A stretch of DNA of 64,000 nucleotides from an uncultured Gemmatimonadales bacterium (GTDB lineage Bacteria; Gemmatimonadota; Gemmatimonadetes; Palauibacterales; Palauibacteraceae), in contig CAWANJ010000009.1 of the NCBI GenBank assembly GCA_963783385.1, positions 1 through 64,000 of the forward strand. Reading direction: 5' to 3'. Below the pieces are notes generated by a model that did no database searches, was not told the origin of the DNA, and saw only the letters and a list, made by a program, of their open reading frames with translations. Positions 41,764-53,077 of the stretch are shown in pieces (the first letter of the stretch is position 1; the number at the start of each line of letters is the position of its first letter). A program made the translations under genes and the position numbers.

Positions 41764-42579
41764 ATGACCCGACCCGCCTTCGACCCGTCTCTGGCCCTAC
41801 AGATCGCCCGGAACTACGAGCGCTGGTTCGTCCCCTCCATCGGCGCCCCGGTGGCCGAGGACCTGGTGCGCTCCGCGGCCCTGCGCGCGGGCGAGCGTGT
41901 GCTGGACGTCGCCTGCGGCACCGGCGTGGTGGCGCGGCTAGCGGCGGAGAGGGTCGCGCCGGGCGGAACCGTGACCGGGCTCGATCCGAACCCGGCCATG
42001 CTGTCGGTGGCCCGGGGCGCGGCGCCCCCCGGGACGGTCCTGGCATGGGTCCGGGCGCCCGCCGAGGCGATCCCGTTCCCGGACGGGAGCTTCGACGTCG
42101 CCCTGTGCGGCATGGGGCTCCAGTTCTTCGGAGACAGGGTGGCGGGCCTGCGGGAGATCCGGCGCGTCCTGGAGGACGGAGGCCGACTGGTCGCGAGCCT
42201 GCCCGGGCCCGAGCCGCTCCCGTTCGAGCTCATGGCCCGGAGCTTCGAGCGCTGGATCGGCCCCGAGGCGGTCTCCTTCGTCCACGCCGTGTTCTCGCTG
42301 CACGACGCCGGGGAGATCCGGGAGCTGGCCAGCGGGGCCGGGTTCACGGGGATCGAAGTGGAGAAGTCCGAGCTGGCGCTGGGTCCGGCGCCGCCGGCAG
42401 AGCTCCTGTGGCGGTACGTCGAGAGCACGCCGCTCGCCGCCGCCGTGGCCGGCGCGGACGAGGAGCTCCGGCAGGCCCTGGAGCGCGACTTCGTGAGCCG
42501 CTGCGAGCCCCTCACGGAGGACACCGGCGGTGCGCTGGCCGGGGCCGTGACCATGACCACGCTGATCGCGAGGGCCTAG
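41764..42579 (+). CDS. Class I SAM-dependent methyltransferase
   Basis: VLDVACGTG, GLDPNPAML, PFPDGSFD. Confidence 0.9.
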   Translation: MTRPAFDPSLALQIARNYERWFVPSIGAPVAEDLVRSAALRAGERVLDVACGTGVVARLAAERVAPGGTVTGLDPNPAMLSVARGAAPPGTVLAWVRAPAEAIPFPDGSFDVALCGMGLQFFGDRVAGLREIRRVLEDGGRLVASLPGPEPLPFELMARSFERWIGPEAVSFVHAVFSLHDAGEIRELASGAGFTGIEVEKSELALGPAPPAELLWRYVESTPLAAAVAGADEELRQALERDFVSRCEPLTEDTGGALAGAVTMTTLIARA

Positions 42580-42664
42580 CCGGGACCGGGCTCGCCGTGG
42601 TCCCCCGGCACGGCCAGCGGTAGCTTCGGGAAGCGCATCCGCCCACCTCTTCCCGGAGGCCATC

Positions 42665-45322
42665 ATGATCCGACGCTCCCTCGCGGGCCGCGGGTTCCGG
42701 CTCGGCGCTCTCCTCCTGATCGGAACCTTCGGCGTGGCGGGCCCCGGCCGTCCGGCCCGTGCCCAGGACACGGCGACCGTTCAATCCGATTCCATGGTCC
42801 TGGCTTCGGAGACCTACCTCACGCCCCCCGAGGGGATCGCGAAGCTGGTCAAGGCGCCGTGGTGGAAGAACACGACGCTGGCCTACCCGAGCCCGGACCG
42901 GACCCACTTCGTGAGGCTGGAGAGCGAGGGGATGCCGTCCCTGGCCTCCTTCGCGCGGCCACACCTCAACCTGGGCGGGCTGCAGATCGATCCGGCCGCG
43001 AACCGCGCGCGGGCGCTGACCACGCGGGCGGCTACCGGCCTCGATCTCGTCGACCTGCAGGGGCGGGTGACCCGGGTGGAGCTGCCCTCCGGGGCCACCG
43101 TGTCCGATCCGGCCTGGTCGCCCGACGGCTCGCGCATCGCCTTCCTGGCGCACGCCGACCGGGCCACGCACGTGTACGTGGCCGACGTGGCGAGCGGCCG
43201 AGCCCGGGAGGTGTCGAGCGCGCCCGTCCTGGCCACGCTCACCACCTCGCTGGAGTGGCTGCCCGACGGGAGCGGCCTGGTGACGGTGCTCGTCCCGGCC
43301 GATCGGGGCGCGCCCCCGCCCGACCCGAAGGTGGCGACCTCGCCCGAGGTGCGGCTCACCCAGGCCGGCAAGAACCGGATGTGGACCTATCCGACCCTCC
43401 TCCAGACGCCGCACGACAAGGCGCTGCTGGCCTACTACACGACCGGTCAGCTGGCCGTGCTGGGGGTCGACGGCGGGGGCGTGCGGCGAATCGGGTCCCC
43501 GGCCATGATCGAGAGCTTCGACGCGGGGATGGGCGGGAAGTACTTCCTGGTCTCGGTCATGACGCGGCCTTTCTCCTACCTGGTGCCGGTGGGGCAGTTC
43601 GGGAAGAAGCAGGAGATCTGGGACGCGCGCGGCAAGGTGCTGGCGACCCTGACCACCACGCCGCTCGACACCGGGATCGAGCCGGATTCGGCCACCCGTG
43701 CGAAGCGGGAGATGGAGCCCCGCGATCCCACCTGGAGGCCGGACGGGGCGGGGCTCAGCTTCCTGGAGCTCGCTCCCGAGAAGGCCGAGTCGGACACGGG
43801 AGGGGCGCGCTCCGGCGGTGAGGCGGTCTCGCGCGGCCGGCGCGGGGACCGCGTGATGCTGTGGGCCCCGCCCTTCGACAGCGCCAGCCTGCACGCGGTA
43901 TTCGAGGCGCACGCCCGCATGACGGACGTGAACTACACCTCCGACCCCGACCTCATGCTGGTGACCGAGGGGAGCACCCGGCAGGGGCGTCCCCGGTTCG
44001 CGCCGAACGAAGGGGAAGGGCGTGGCGGGAAGGTGTACGCCGTCTACCTGAGCCGCGCCGACACGACGTACCCGATCGCCACCTACAAGGCGGGGGACTT
44101 CTATGGGCACCCGGGCACGCTCGTCACCCGCGGGGCGCCGCCTCGCCTTGGGGGCTACTACGCCCCGCGCGGGAGCGCCCACCAGCCCATTCTGGCGCAG
44201 CTATCCTCGGACGGCGGCAGCGTGTTCCTGGAGGGGACGCTGTACTCGAAGCAGCCCCTCGAGACGGGGCCGCGTCCGTTCATCGACCGGGTGGAGATCG
44301 CGACGGGGAAGAAGACGCGCGTGTACGAGGCGCCCGCCGGCTACACGTACGAAGACGTGGTGGCCGTGCTCGACGACGACGCCACGCGGCTGGTGGTGTC
44401 CCGGGAGTCGGCCACGAAGGTCCCGGACTTCTACCTGCGGGACGTCGGAAGCGGGAAGCTCACCGCCCTCACCCACAACACGGACTACGCCCCGGAGGTC
44501 ACCCACGCGCCCACCCGGGTCCTGACCGTGAAGCGGCTGGACGGGTTCGACCTGCGCCTGAAGGTCACCTTCCCGCCCGGCTACCACGGCGGTAGCCGGC
44601 TGCCGGCGCTCCTGTGGTTCTACCCGATGGAGTACACCGGCCAGGAGTCCTACGACGAGAGCAACCGGGATTACAACAAGAACGCCTTCTCCCGCCTGGG
44701 CGTGCGCTCCATGGTCTACTTCGTCGAGCTCGGATACGCGGTGGTCGAGCCCGACGCCCCCATCATCGGCGACGCGGGGGAGATGAACGACCACTACGTG
44801 AACGACCTCCGGAACGACCTGGCGGCCGTCGTCGACGAGCTGGACCGGGACGGGTACATCGACCGGCAGCGGCTGGCCGTGGGCGGACACAGCTACGGGG
44901 CCTTCTCGACGGCCAACGCACTGGTGCACACGCCCTTCTTCAAGGCGGGCATTGCGGGGGACGGGGACTACAACCGGACGCTGACGCCCTTCCGGTTCCA
45001 GACCGAGAGGCGCAACATCTGGGAGGACTTCGACCTCTACCACGCCATGTCCCCGCTGTTCTTCGCCGACCAGCTCAACGGCGCGCTCCTCATGTACCAC
45101 GGGCTCGCCGACCAGAACCCGGGCACCTTCCCGATCCACTCCAAGCGGATGTTCGACGCGCTGAACTACCTGGGGAAGACGGCGGCCCTGTACTACTACC
45201 CGTACGAGAACCACGGGCCGGCCACCCGGTCCACGATCCTGGACCTGTGGTCGCGGTGGGCGGCGTGGCTGGACCTGCACGTGAAGCACGCCCGGGTGGA
45301 GCCGGCCCGGCGGGTGCCGTGA
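42665..45322 (+). CDS. S9 prolyl-oligopeptidase-family serine peptidase
   Basis: WSPDG propeller, [22 protein letters not shown]. Confidence 0.92.
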   Translation: MIRRSLAGRGFRLGALLLIGTFGVAGPGRPARAQDTATVQSDSMVLASETYLTPPEGIAKLVKAPWWKNTTLAYPSPDRTHFVRLESEGMPSLASFARPHLNLGGLQIDPAANRARALTTRAATGLDLVDLQGRVTRVELPSGATVSDPAWSPDGSRIAFLAHADRATHVYVADVASGRAREVSSAPVLATLTTSLEWLPDGSGLVTVLVPADRGAPPPDPKVATSPEVRLTQAGKNRMWTYPTLLQTPHDKALLAYYTTGQLAVLGVDGGGVRRIGSPAMIESFDAGMGGKYFLVSVMTRPFSYLVPVGQFGKKQEIWDARGKVLATLTTTPLDTGIEPDSATRAKREMEPRDPTWRPDGAGLSFLELAPEKAESDTGGARSGGEAVSRGRRGDRVMLWAPPFDSASLHAVFEAHARMTDVNYTSDPDLMLVTEGSTRQGRPRFAPNEGEGRGGKVYAVYLSRADTTYPIATYKAGDFYGHPGTLVTRGAPPRLGGYYAPRGSAHQPILAQLSSDGGSVFLEGTLYSKQPLETGPRPFIDRVEIATGKKTRVYEAPAGYTYEDVVAVLDDDATRLVVSRESATKVPDFYLRDVGSGKLTALTHNTDYAPEVTHAPTRVLTVKRLDGFDLRLKVTFPPGYHGGSRLPALLWFYPMEYTGQESYDESNRDYNKNAFSRLGVRSMVYFVELGYAVVEPDAPIIGDAGEMNDHYVNDLRNDLAAVVDELDRDGYIDRQRLAVGGHSYGAFSTANALVHTPFFKAGIAGDGDYNRTLTPFRFQTERRNIWEDFDLYHAMSPLFFADQLNGALLMYHGLADQNPGTFPIHSKRMFDALNYLGKTAALYYYPYENHGPATRSTILDLWSRWAAWLDLHVKHARVEPARRVP

Positions 45323-45371
45323 GGGCGGGGGCGGTGAGAGCCGGTCCGCACGCCATTCGAGAGGAGGCACG

Positions 45372-45695
45372 GTGCTGATCACGACGACGAACGATCTTCC
45401 CGGTTACGACATCGAGGAGGTGTACGGCGAGGTGTTCGGGCTCACGGTCCGCTCACGGAACCTGGGGTCCCAGATCGGCTCGGCCCTCAAGTCCATGGTG
45501 GGCGGGGAGCTCAAGGGGCTGACGAAGGCGCTGGCCGACAGCCGGGAGCAGGTGATCGGGAGGATGGTCGAAGAAGCGCAGGAGAAGGGGGCGAACGCGG
45601 TCGTCGCCATGCGCTTCGACACCTCGGAGCTGGGCAGTATGTGGACGGAGATCTGCGCCTACGGCACGGCAGTGCGGGTGCGCAAGAAGTTCTGA
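45372..45695 (+). CDS. YbjQ/UPF0145-family protein
   Basis: VFGLTVRSR, GGELKG, GANAVVAMRFD, AYGTAV. Confidence 0.92.
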   Translation: MLITTTNDLPGYDIEEVYGEVFGLTVRSRNLGSQIGSALKSMVGGELKGLTKALADSREQVIGRMVEEAQEKGANAVVAMRFDTSELGSMWTEICAYGTAVRVRKKF

Positions 45696-45852
45696 CATCC
45701 CCTCGGACGACCGCTCCACCGGCGCCGAAGCGCCTCGAAAGCCTCGAGGTCGCTGAAGCGGCGGACGACATCCTGGTCGGCGGGGCTCTTCCCGGCGGAG
45801 CTCCGGGTTCGCGGCACGTCCTGCCGGCGTGCCTCCGCCTTCGACCCGGCGC

Positions 45853-46377
45853 TCATGCGTCCAGCGGCACGCCGTAGTCGCGCACCAGCCCCCGCCGGTG
45901 CCAGATCTCGTGGCCGGCAATGATCCACGCACAGGCGCGCACGCTGATCGGGCTGTCGCTGGCGACTCCGGCGCGGGTCCATGCCTCCTCATCGTAGCCG
46001 CCGAGCAGAGCGATCGTGGCGCGGCGGAGCGCCGCCCACTCCTCCCGGAGCTCGCCCAGCGGCCGGCCGCCGGCGTTCGAGACTTCGGCCCACTCGTTCT
46101 GGTCCATGGACGGCATCCGGCTCCCGGCCGCGCGCGCGAACCACAGCGAGCGGAACGCGAACACGCGCTCCGTGTCGATCAGATGACCGACGACCTGGCG
46201 GACGCTCCACTTGCCGGGGGCGTAGCAGTACGTCTCGCGGTCGGGAGGCACGGACGCCAGCAGCGCCTGCGTTTCTTCCATCTGGGTTTTGAGCGTCCGC
46301 ACCACGTCTCCCTCGGGGACGAGGTCAATGTAGCGGGAGTAGTAGGCGGCGTGCTCGGACGGGTCTGGGCGCGACAT
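45853..46377 (-). CDS. DinB-family protein
   Basis: YAPGKWS...GHLIDTERVF, IAGHE.WH. Confidence 0.9.
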   Translation of the reverse strand: MSRPDPSEHAAYYSRYIDLVPEGDVVRTLKTQMEETQALLASVPPDRETYCYAPGKWSVRQVVGHLIDTERVFAFRSLWFARAAGSRMPSMDQNEWAEVSNAGGRPLGELREEWAALRRATIALLGGYDEEAWTRAGVASDSPISVRACAWIIAGHEIWHRRGLVRDYGVPLDA

Positions 46378-46478
46378 GGCCGTGGCCTCCGGTGTAGGTT
46401 GGGTGGAAGTGTAAGAGCGGGCGCACCGTCCGTGAAGGGACCCGCTCCGCGAAGCCGACATTGGAGGATTCCCGCCCG

Positions 46479-47420
46479 GTGAACAGACGCCTCCTGCTCA
46501 CGGCCGTCGCTCTCCTGGTGGCCGCCGGCCTGGCCGTCGCCGCGTGGCTGTGGAGACCCGGACCACCGCCTCCGGGACCGGAGGCGGGGGCCGGCCCGAT
46601 GCGGCCCATCGCCACGGCGCACTACCGGTGCGACGGCGGCCGGACGATCGACGCCGCGTTCTACCGGGGTTCGGACACCGCCGCGCCCGAGCCCGGAGCG
46701 CCGCCCGCGCCGGGCGGCAGCGTCCACCTCGATCTCAGCGATGGCCGGGCCCCGACCCTGCACCAGACGATCTCCGCCGACGGGGCGCGCTATTCCGACG
46801 GCGACCCCTCGGTCCGGGGGAGCGAGGCGCTGGTCTTCTGGTCGAAGGGGAACGGCGCGCTCGTGCTCGAGCACGACGTCCAGAAGCGCTACATGGGCTG
46901 CGTCCGGGTCGCGGACGATCCGGGCGGCCTGCCGCGGGTGTTCGCGAGCGGCTCCGGCGGGTTCTCGATCCGCTATCCGGCGGACTGGACCGTCGATACC
47001 ACGTATCGATATACGGCGCTCGGGCCGGGTCGGGCCATCGCGGGCGTCTCGTTCACCGTGCCCGGCTCGCTCGCCGCGGGCACCAACCTGTCGGCCGGCA
47101 GCTACCTGAGCGTGGAGGACATCCCGGGATCGGATCACTGCACGGCGGACCGGTTCCTCGGGGAGGGGGTGCGCGATTCGGTGCGGACGGTGGGCGGCGC
47201 GGAGTACTCGGTCGCCCGCCGGACGGAGGCGGCGGTGGGAAACCGCTACGGGGAGGCGGTCTACGCGATCCCCGGGACGAATCCGTGCATCGCGGTCCGC
47301 TATTTCATCCACTGGACCGTGCTCGAGAACTACCCGCCGGGCGCCGTGCGCGCGTTCGACGAGCGGGGGCTCACCGACGCCTTGGACGCGATGCGGCGCA
47401 CGCTCGTCGTCGTCAGGTGA
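46479..47420 (+). CDS. Membrane-anchored MliC-domain protein
   Basis: N-terminal TM; YRCDGG, LHQTISADGARY, FWSKGNGA. Confidence 0.75.
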   Translation: MNRRLLLTAVALLVAAGLAVAAWLWRPGPPPPGPEAGAGPMRPIATAHYRCDGGRTIDAAFYRGSDTAAPEPGAPPAPGGSVHLDLSDGRAPTLHQTISADGARYSDGDPSVRGSEALVFWSKGNGALVLEHDVQKRYMGCVRVADDPGGLPRVFASGSGGFSIRYPADWTVDTTYRYTALGPGRAIAGVSFTVPGSLAAGTNLSAGSYLSVEDIPGSDHCTADRFLGEGVRDSVRTVGGAEYSVARRTEAAVGNRYGEAVYAIPGTNPCIAVRYFIHWTVLENYPPGAVRAFDERGLTDALDAMRRTLVVVR

Positions 47421-47605
47421 CCGGGGTCGAGCTCACGTTTCTGGCGGGGCTCCATGGCGGAGAAGGACGCCGGGGCCCTGGAGGAGGCCGTCGGCGCGCT
47501 GCGGTCCCGCTGGCGATGATCGCCGCCGACGTGAGGCTCGAGCTCGAGAAGGCCGGGGCTTCGATCGGGTTGGCCGACTTCCTGATCGCGGGCGTCTGCC
47601 CGATC
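47417..47605 (+). pseudogene. Degraded VapC/PIN fragment
   Basis: AADVRLELEKAGASIGLADFLIAGVC matches a PIN C-terminal helix motif; N-terminus missing. Confidence 0.55.
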
Positions 47606-47609
47606 GCCC

Positions 47610-49456
47610 CTACCGGTACCCCTTCGCCTGGAGCTCGAACAGCTCCGCGTACCGCCCCCCCAGCTCCACCAGCTCCTCGTGGCTCCCGTCCTCGGTCACC
47701 CGCCCGCCCTCCAGCACCAGGATCCGGTCGGCCATGCGGACGGTGGAGAAGCGGTGGCTGATGAGGACGGCCATCTTGACCCGCGGGTGAGGTCGCTGAA
47801 GCGGCGGAAGACCTCGTACTCGGCGCGGGCGTCCAGGGCGGCGGTGGGCTCGTCGAGGACCAGGAGCGGGCGTCGCGCATGTACGCGCGCGCCAGGGCGA
47901 TCTTCTGCCACTCGCCCCCCGAGAGGTTGGCGCCTCCCTCGAAGCGGCGGCCCGAGCACGTGGTCGTAGCGCTGCTCGAGGCGCTCGGAAATCACGTCCG
48001 GCGGCCAGGCTCTTCTCGGCGGAGGCCTCGATGCGCGGCTGGTCGTCCCTCGCCTCGATCTTCCCGACGGCGATGTTCTCGCGGGCGGTGAGGTCGAAGC
48101 GGAAGAAGTCCTGGAAGATCACGCCCACGGCCTGGCGCAGGGCTCGATGTCGTATTCGCGGAGGTCGACGCCGTCCAGGAGGATTCGGCCCTCGGTCGGG
48201 TCGTACAGGCGGGTGAGGAGCTTGGCGAGCGTGGTCTTGCCGGCCCCGTTCTCGCCCACGAGGGCGATCCGCTCCCCGGGGAGGATGCGAAAGGAGATGT
48301 CGCGCACGGCCCACGTCTCCGAGCCCGGGATAGCGGAAGCCCACCCCCTCGAACGCGAACCCCTCGCGGATCGGGTCCGGGAGCGGACGGCTGCCCGAGC
48401 CGGCGGCATTCTCGGCTTCGTGGCCAGGAAGTCGAACAGGTCCTGGAGGTAGAGGCCGGCCTCGAAGCTCCGGGCGATCGACATGAGGATGGAGTTGATG
48501 AGGCTCCGGCTCCGCTGGAAGGAGCCCATGAGGAACGTGAGGGTGCCGATCGTGATCGCGCCGACCACGGCCTCGTACACGATGAGGCCCACGGCTCCGT
48601 AGTAGGCCAGGGTGGAGAGGGCGGTGAGCACGGCGCCCGTCGCCGCGCGGTGCGCCGTCACCCTCCGGTTCTCGCCCACGTACTCGTCCGCCAGATCCGA
48701 GTACTTGCGGATGAAGTGGTCGGCGAGGCCGAAGAGCTTGACCTCCTTGGCGGGCCTGATCTCCGAGGTCACCCACCGGTAGTAGTCGAGCTTCCGCCGC
48801 TCCTGCGTCCACTGGAACATGAACGAGTAGGCGAGGCCCGCGTAGGCGGTCTCCCCCAGGAAGGAGGGGAGGATGGCGATGAACAGGATGAGGACGAGCC
48901 ACGGGTTGAAGGCGAGGAGCGCGGCGAGCAGCGAGAGGAGCGTGATCGCCTGCTGGCCCATGCCGAGCGTGTCGGAGAGGAGCGTGACCCGGTTCTGGGT
49001 CTGGCGGCGGGCACGCTGCATCATGTCGTGGAAGTCGGGGTCCTCGAACTGCTCGAGGTCGAGCGTCGAGGCGTGGCGCATGATGCGGACGGACATCTCG
49101 TTGGCGAACAGGTCCCCGAGCACGCTCTCCAGGAGCGCCGATGCCCGCCCGAGGAGGTCCGAGATGAGGGCCACGGCGAGCTCGAGGAGGATGAGCCGCG
49201 CCAGGTAGCCCCAGTCCGGCGCGGGGGAGCGGAGGTTCGCCACCACGCCGTCGATGACGAGCTTCCCGATCCACAGCATCACGACCGGCGTGAAAGCGGC
49301 CAGGACGCGGGCCGCCACGATCCCGGCGCCGTAGGCCGGCTTCGTGTCCCACACCATCTTCAGGAAGCGCGGCACGTGCCGGAACGCCTTGAGGCGCTCG
49401 CGCACGGGCGGCAGCGGCTCGCCCCGCCGGGTCCGGGGCTGGTAGAAGAGCTTCAC
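47610..49456 (-). CDS. ABC transporter, fused permease/ATPase (frameshifted)
   Basis: TM domain; [34 protein letters not shown]. Confidence 0.9.
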
Positions 49457-49560
49457 GAGGGGAATGTACGGCGGAGGGGGGGATGGTTCGACGGGGGCGG
49501 ACGATCAGGCGGGCGACGATGCCTGTCGCCGGAGCCCGGCTGGAGTCCCTAGACTGGTGG

Positions 49561-49616
49561 GGAGGTCTCGAGGGCCGGCGTGCCTTCACGCCGCATAGGT
49601 GCGATCCGTGCCGGCC
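49561..49616 (+). repeat. Intergenic direct repeat, copy 2
   Basis: Matches 34091-34146. Confidence 0.75.
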
Positions 49617-49667
49617 CCCGGCACGGCATTCCTTCAGCGATCTCTCGACTCGGGCGGGGAGCGACGC

Positions 49668-50975
49668 ATGGATGTGACGGGGCGAGGACGGACGGCCCGC
49701 ACCGCGCGGTGGTGGGCGATCCGAAGTGGGTTTGTGGCGTTCGCGCTCGCCGGGTTCTCCCTGCTAACCTCCGGCCCCAGCCTCGCCCAGCAAGCGCCCG
49801 CCTCCCGGCGTTCCGGTACCCCTCCGTCGCCCGGGATCGGACCCGCGCGTCAGCTCGGCGTTCCCTTCCACGGGACGCCCGGCCGCAACGACGCGATCAC
49901 GGATGTCCCGGGCGTCGAGGTCGGCATGACGACGCTGATCCGGGGCGAGGGGAAGCTCGTCCGGGGGAAGGGGCCGGTGCGCACCGGGGTGACGGTCATC
50001 TTCCCCCTCGGGAAGGACGCGGTCGAGGGCGTGGCGGCGGGCCGCGCCGTGTTCAACGGGACGGGCGAGTTCACCGGCATGGAGATCGTCGACGAGACGG
50101 GGCTCCTGTTCGGGCCGGTGGCGCTCACGGGGACGGGCAACATCGCCGTGGTCCGCCAGGCGATCATCGACTGGAGCACGAGGCCGGGCTTCCTGCCCCC
50201 GCGCGAGTGGATCGCCCGGCTGCTGCCCGCGGTCGGGGAGACGCTGGACCTGGGCCTGAACGACGTGTTCGGGCACCCGATGATCCCCGAGGACGTGTTT
50301 ACGGCCCTGGACGGCGCCTCCGGCGGGCCGGTGGCCCAGGGGAACGTGGGCGGCGGGACCGGGATGGTCTCCTATGGCTTCAAGGGTGGCACGGGCACGG
50401 CCTCTCGGATCGTCCGGGTCGGGGGGAGGAGCTACGTGGTGGGCGTCCTCATCCAGGCCAACAACGGCGCGCGCCGGAGCCTCACGATCGCGGGCGTGCC
50501 GGTGGGCCGGGAGATCACCGACCTCCGGCCCCGGTTCGAGGGTCCCCGCCTGGGGGACACGACGGCCACCGGCGGGATCGTCAAGCACTCCCTCCTCGTC
50601 GTGATCGGCACGAACGCCCCGCTCGTCCCACACCAGCTCCGCCGCCTGGCCCGGCGGGCGGGCGTGGGGAGCGCGCGCCTGGGGAGCTTCGGCGGGAACC
50701 TCTCCGGGGACTTCGCGATCGCCTTCTCGACGGCGGCCCGCTTCGACGACCGCGGCACGCCTGTCACGGCGACGGTCCTGGACGACTGGAACGAGACGGC
50801 CATGAACGCGCTGTTCGAGGGAGCGGCGCAGGCCACCGAGGAGGCCGAAGTGAACGCGCTCGTGGCCGCACGCACCATGACGGGAGCCGACGGCAGCACG
50901 GTGTACGCCCTCCCGCACGACCGGCTGGTGGCGCTGCTCGAGAAGTACGGGAGGTACAGCCCGCCGGAGCGGTGA
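49668..50975 (+). CDS. DmpA/P1-family (S58) peptidase
   Basis: NDAITDVPGVEVG, RTGVT, GNVGGGTGM, FKGGTGTASR, SGDFAIAFST, ATEEA. Confidence 0.9.
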   Translation: MDVTGRGRTARTARWWAIRSGFVAFALAGFSLLTSGPSLAQQAPASRRSGTPPSPGIGPARQLGVPFHGTPGRNDAITDVPGVEVGMTTLIRGEGKLVRGKGPVRTGVTVIFPLGKDAVEGVAAGRAVFNGTGEFTGMEIVDETGLLFGPVALTGTGNIAVVRQAIIDWSTRPGFLPPREWIARLLPAVGETLDLGLNDVFGHPMIPEDVFTALDGASGGPVAQGNVGGGTGMVSYGFKGGTGTASRIVRVGGRSYVVGVLIQANNGARRSLTIAGVPVGREITDLRPRFEGPRLGDTTATGGIVKHSLLVVIGTNAPLVPHQLRRLARRAGVGSARLGSFGGNLSGDFAIAFSTAARFDDRGTPVTATVLDDWNETAMNALFEGAAQATEEAEVNALVAARTMTGADGSTVYALPHDRLVALLEKYGRYSPPER

Positions 50976-51517
50976 GCCCTCCCGCGGGACCGCGTCGGCG
51001 GGCTTCCGCGATCCTCGCAAGGTCCTTTGCATTATGCGCGTGGAAAGACCCGAGCCTCGGGGAGTTCCGCGGGGACGCTTCTGTAACAATCGTTGCCGTA
51101 ATATGCTACTGAATAAGGACTTAGACATTGCAGCGATGAGAACCGGCATCCTCGGCCCCTTACCTGCCAGACGATCAGCCCGAGCGAACGGTCGATCTAC
51201 GGATCGCCGAACCGCCGGACGGGGTGGCAGAGGGTCGAAGCTGGGGTCACCACTAATCCCAGACTCGAGGCCGACAGCACCCTCTTCCACTCCCGTCCGG
51301 GCGGTCTTCGCTCGAACTTCCGCACCGCCGATCTCGCGGCTCGCGCATCCCGCTCACCGTCTCGCTCGCACGCCGGGACCTCCGCGTCTTGCGCTCGCCG
51401 GGCCGCCCTGCCGACACTCCGGAACCAGGTGGCCGAAGAGGCCGAACCGGACGTGCTCGTGGCGGCGCACGCCGTCACGGGAGCGACTTGATGACCCCCT
51501 ACTCCGGAGAGTGCGCG

Positions 51518-52033
51518 ATGCGGCTTTTTCTCGGCTTCCTGCTCGGTTCGCTGCTCCTCGTCGCCGCGCCGCCCGCTCGAGGCGCAGGTCCCGGGCTCCA
51601 CGCGGGACTCGGTGGCGAGCGTGCTCGACGACTTCCACGATGCTGCCTCGCACGCCGACTACCGGCGCTACTTCTCGCACTTCGCCCAGGAGGCGGTGTT
51701 CATCGGCACCGACGCCACCGAGCGCTGGACGGTGCAGGAGTTCCGGGTGTACGCGAAGCGCCGCTTCGACGCGGGCGACGGCTGGACCTACGTGCCCCGC
51801 GTCCGGCACGTGTACATGTCGCCGAGCGGGAACACGGCCTGGTTCGACGAGATCCTGGACAACGAGCACTACGGCGAGACGCGGAGCACGGGGGTCCTGA
51901 TCCGCGAAGACGGCGCCTGGAAGATCGCCCAGTACCACCTGACCATCCCCATTCCGAACGACCTGGCGGACCGGGTGGTGGCGATGATCCGGGAGGATGC
52001 GAAGCGGGAGCGGCGAAGAGTGGGGGACGCTGA
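51518..52033 (+). CDS. SnoaL-like NTF2-family secreted protein (frameshifted)
   Basis: Signal peptide; VLDDFHDAAS, FIGTDATERW, AWFDE.L, WKIAQYHL. Confidence 0.75.
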   Translation: MRLFLGFLLGSLLLVAAPPARGAGPGLHAGLGGERARRLPRCCLARRLPALLLALRPGGGVHRHRRHRALDGAGVPGVREAPLRRGRRLDLRAPRPARVHVAEREHGLVRRDPGQRALRRDAEHGGPDPRRRRLEDRPVPPDHPHSERPGGPGGGDDPGGCEAGAAKSGGR

Positions 52034-52047
52034 GGCCGGATCCGGCC

Positions 52048-53077
52048 GTGAGTCCCGGAGGGAAGCCGGCGGGGCGAGAATCCCCTGGAGCGCCTGGTGC
52101 GCGACCAGGGCTTCTTCGTGCTGGACGGCGGCCTGGCCACCACGCTGGAGGCGCGGGGCCTCGACCTGGACGATCCTCTGTGGTCCGCCAGGGTCCTGCT
52201 GGAGGCCCCGGAGGCGATTCGGCAGGCGCACCTGGACTTTCTGGCGGCGGGGGCGGACTGCATCGTGACCTCGAGCTATCAGGCGACCCTCGAGGGCTTC
52301 CGGCGGCGCGGCCTGAGCGAGCCCGAGGCCGGGGAGCTGCTCCGCCGGTCCGTGCGGCTCGGGCTGGAGGCGCGCGACGCCTTCTGGAGCGAGCCCCGAA
52401 ACCGCGCAGGGCCGGCTCCGTCCGCTGGTGGCGGCCAGCGTGGGACCCTTACGGCGCTTCCTGGCGGACGGCTCCGAGTACGCGGGCGACTACGACCTGG
52501 ACGACGAGGGACTGTACGCGTTCCACCGGCCCCGGTGGCGGATCCTCGCCGAGGCCGGGGCCGACCTCCTGGCCTGCGAGACCCTGCCCTCCCGGCGTGA
52601 GGCCCGGGCGCTCCTCCGCCTGCTGGAGGAGTCTCCGGGGACGTGGGCCTGGATGAGCTTCAGCCTGCAGCGACGGCACCCGGATCAGCCGACGGCGAGC
52701 CGGTTCGAGGACGCGGTCCGCGAGTGCGACGCGGCGGCGGGCGTGGCCGCGGTCGGGGTGAACTGCACGGCCCCGTCCCACGTCGCGGGCCTCCTCCGCG
52801 CTGCGCGACGGGTCACGGATCGCCCGCTCCTCGCCTATCCGAATTCCGGGGAAAGGTGGGACGGGGTCCGGAAGGCGTGGTCGGAGGATCCGACGGCCCT
52901 CGACTGGGCCGCCGCGACCCTGGAATGGCGCGGAGGCGGGAGCCGCCGGGATCGGCGGGTGCTGCCGGGTCGCGGCCGGAGGACATCACCCGGGTGCGAG
53001 GCGCGCTCTCCCTCACAGCCCCGCCAGCCACTCGTCGTCCGAGCCCTGCACCAGGTCCTCGAACAGGTAGGTGCTGA
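52048..53077 (+). CDS. mmuM: Homocysteine S-methyltransferase (frameshifted)
   Basis: [43 protein letters not shown]. Confidence 0.85.

Noticed and set aside
51010-51045. Xer dif site (TTATGCGC resembles the XerC arm)
   Set aside because: No XerD-like arm at the required spacing
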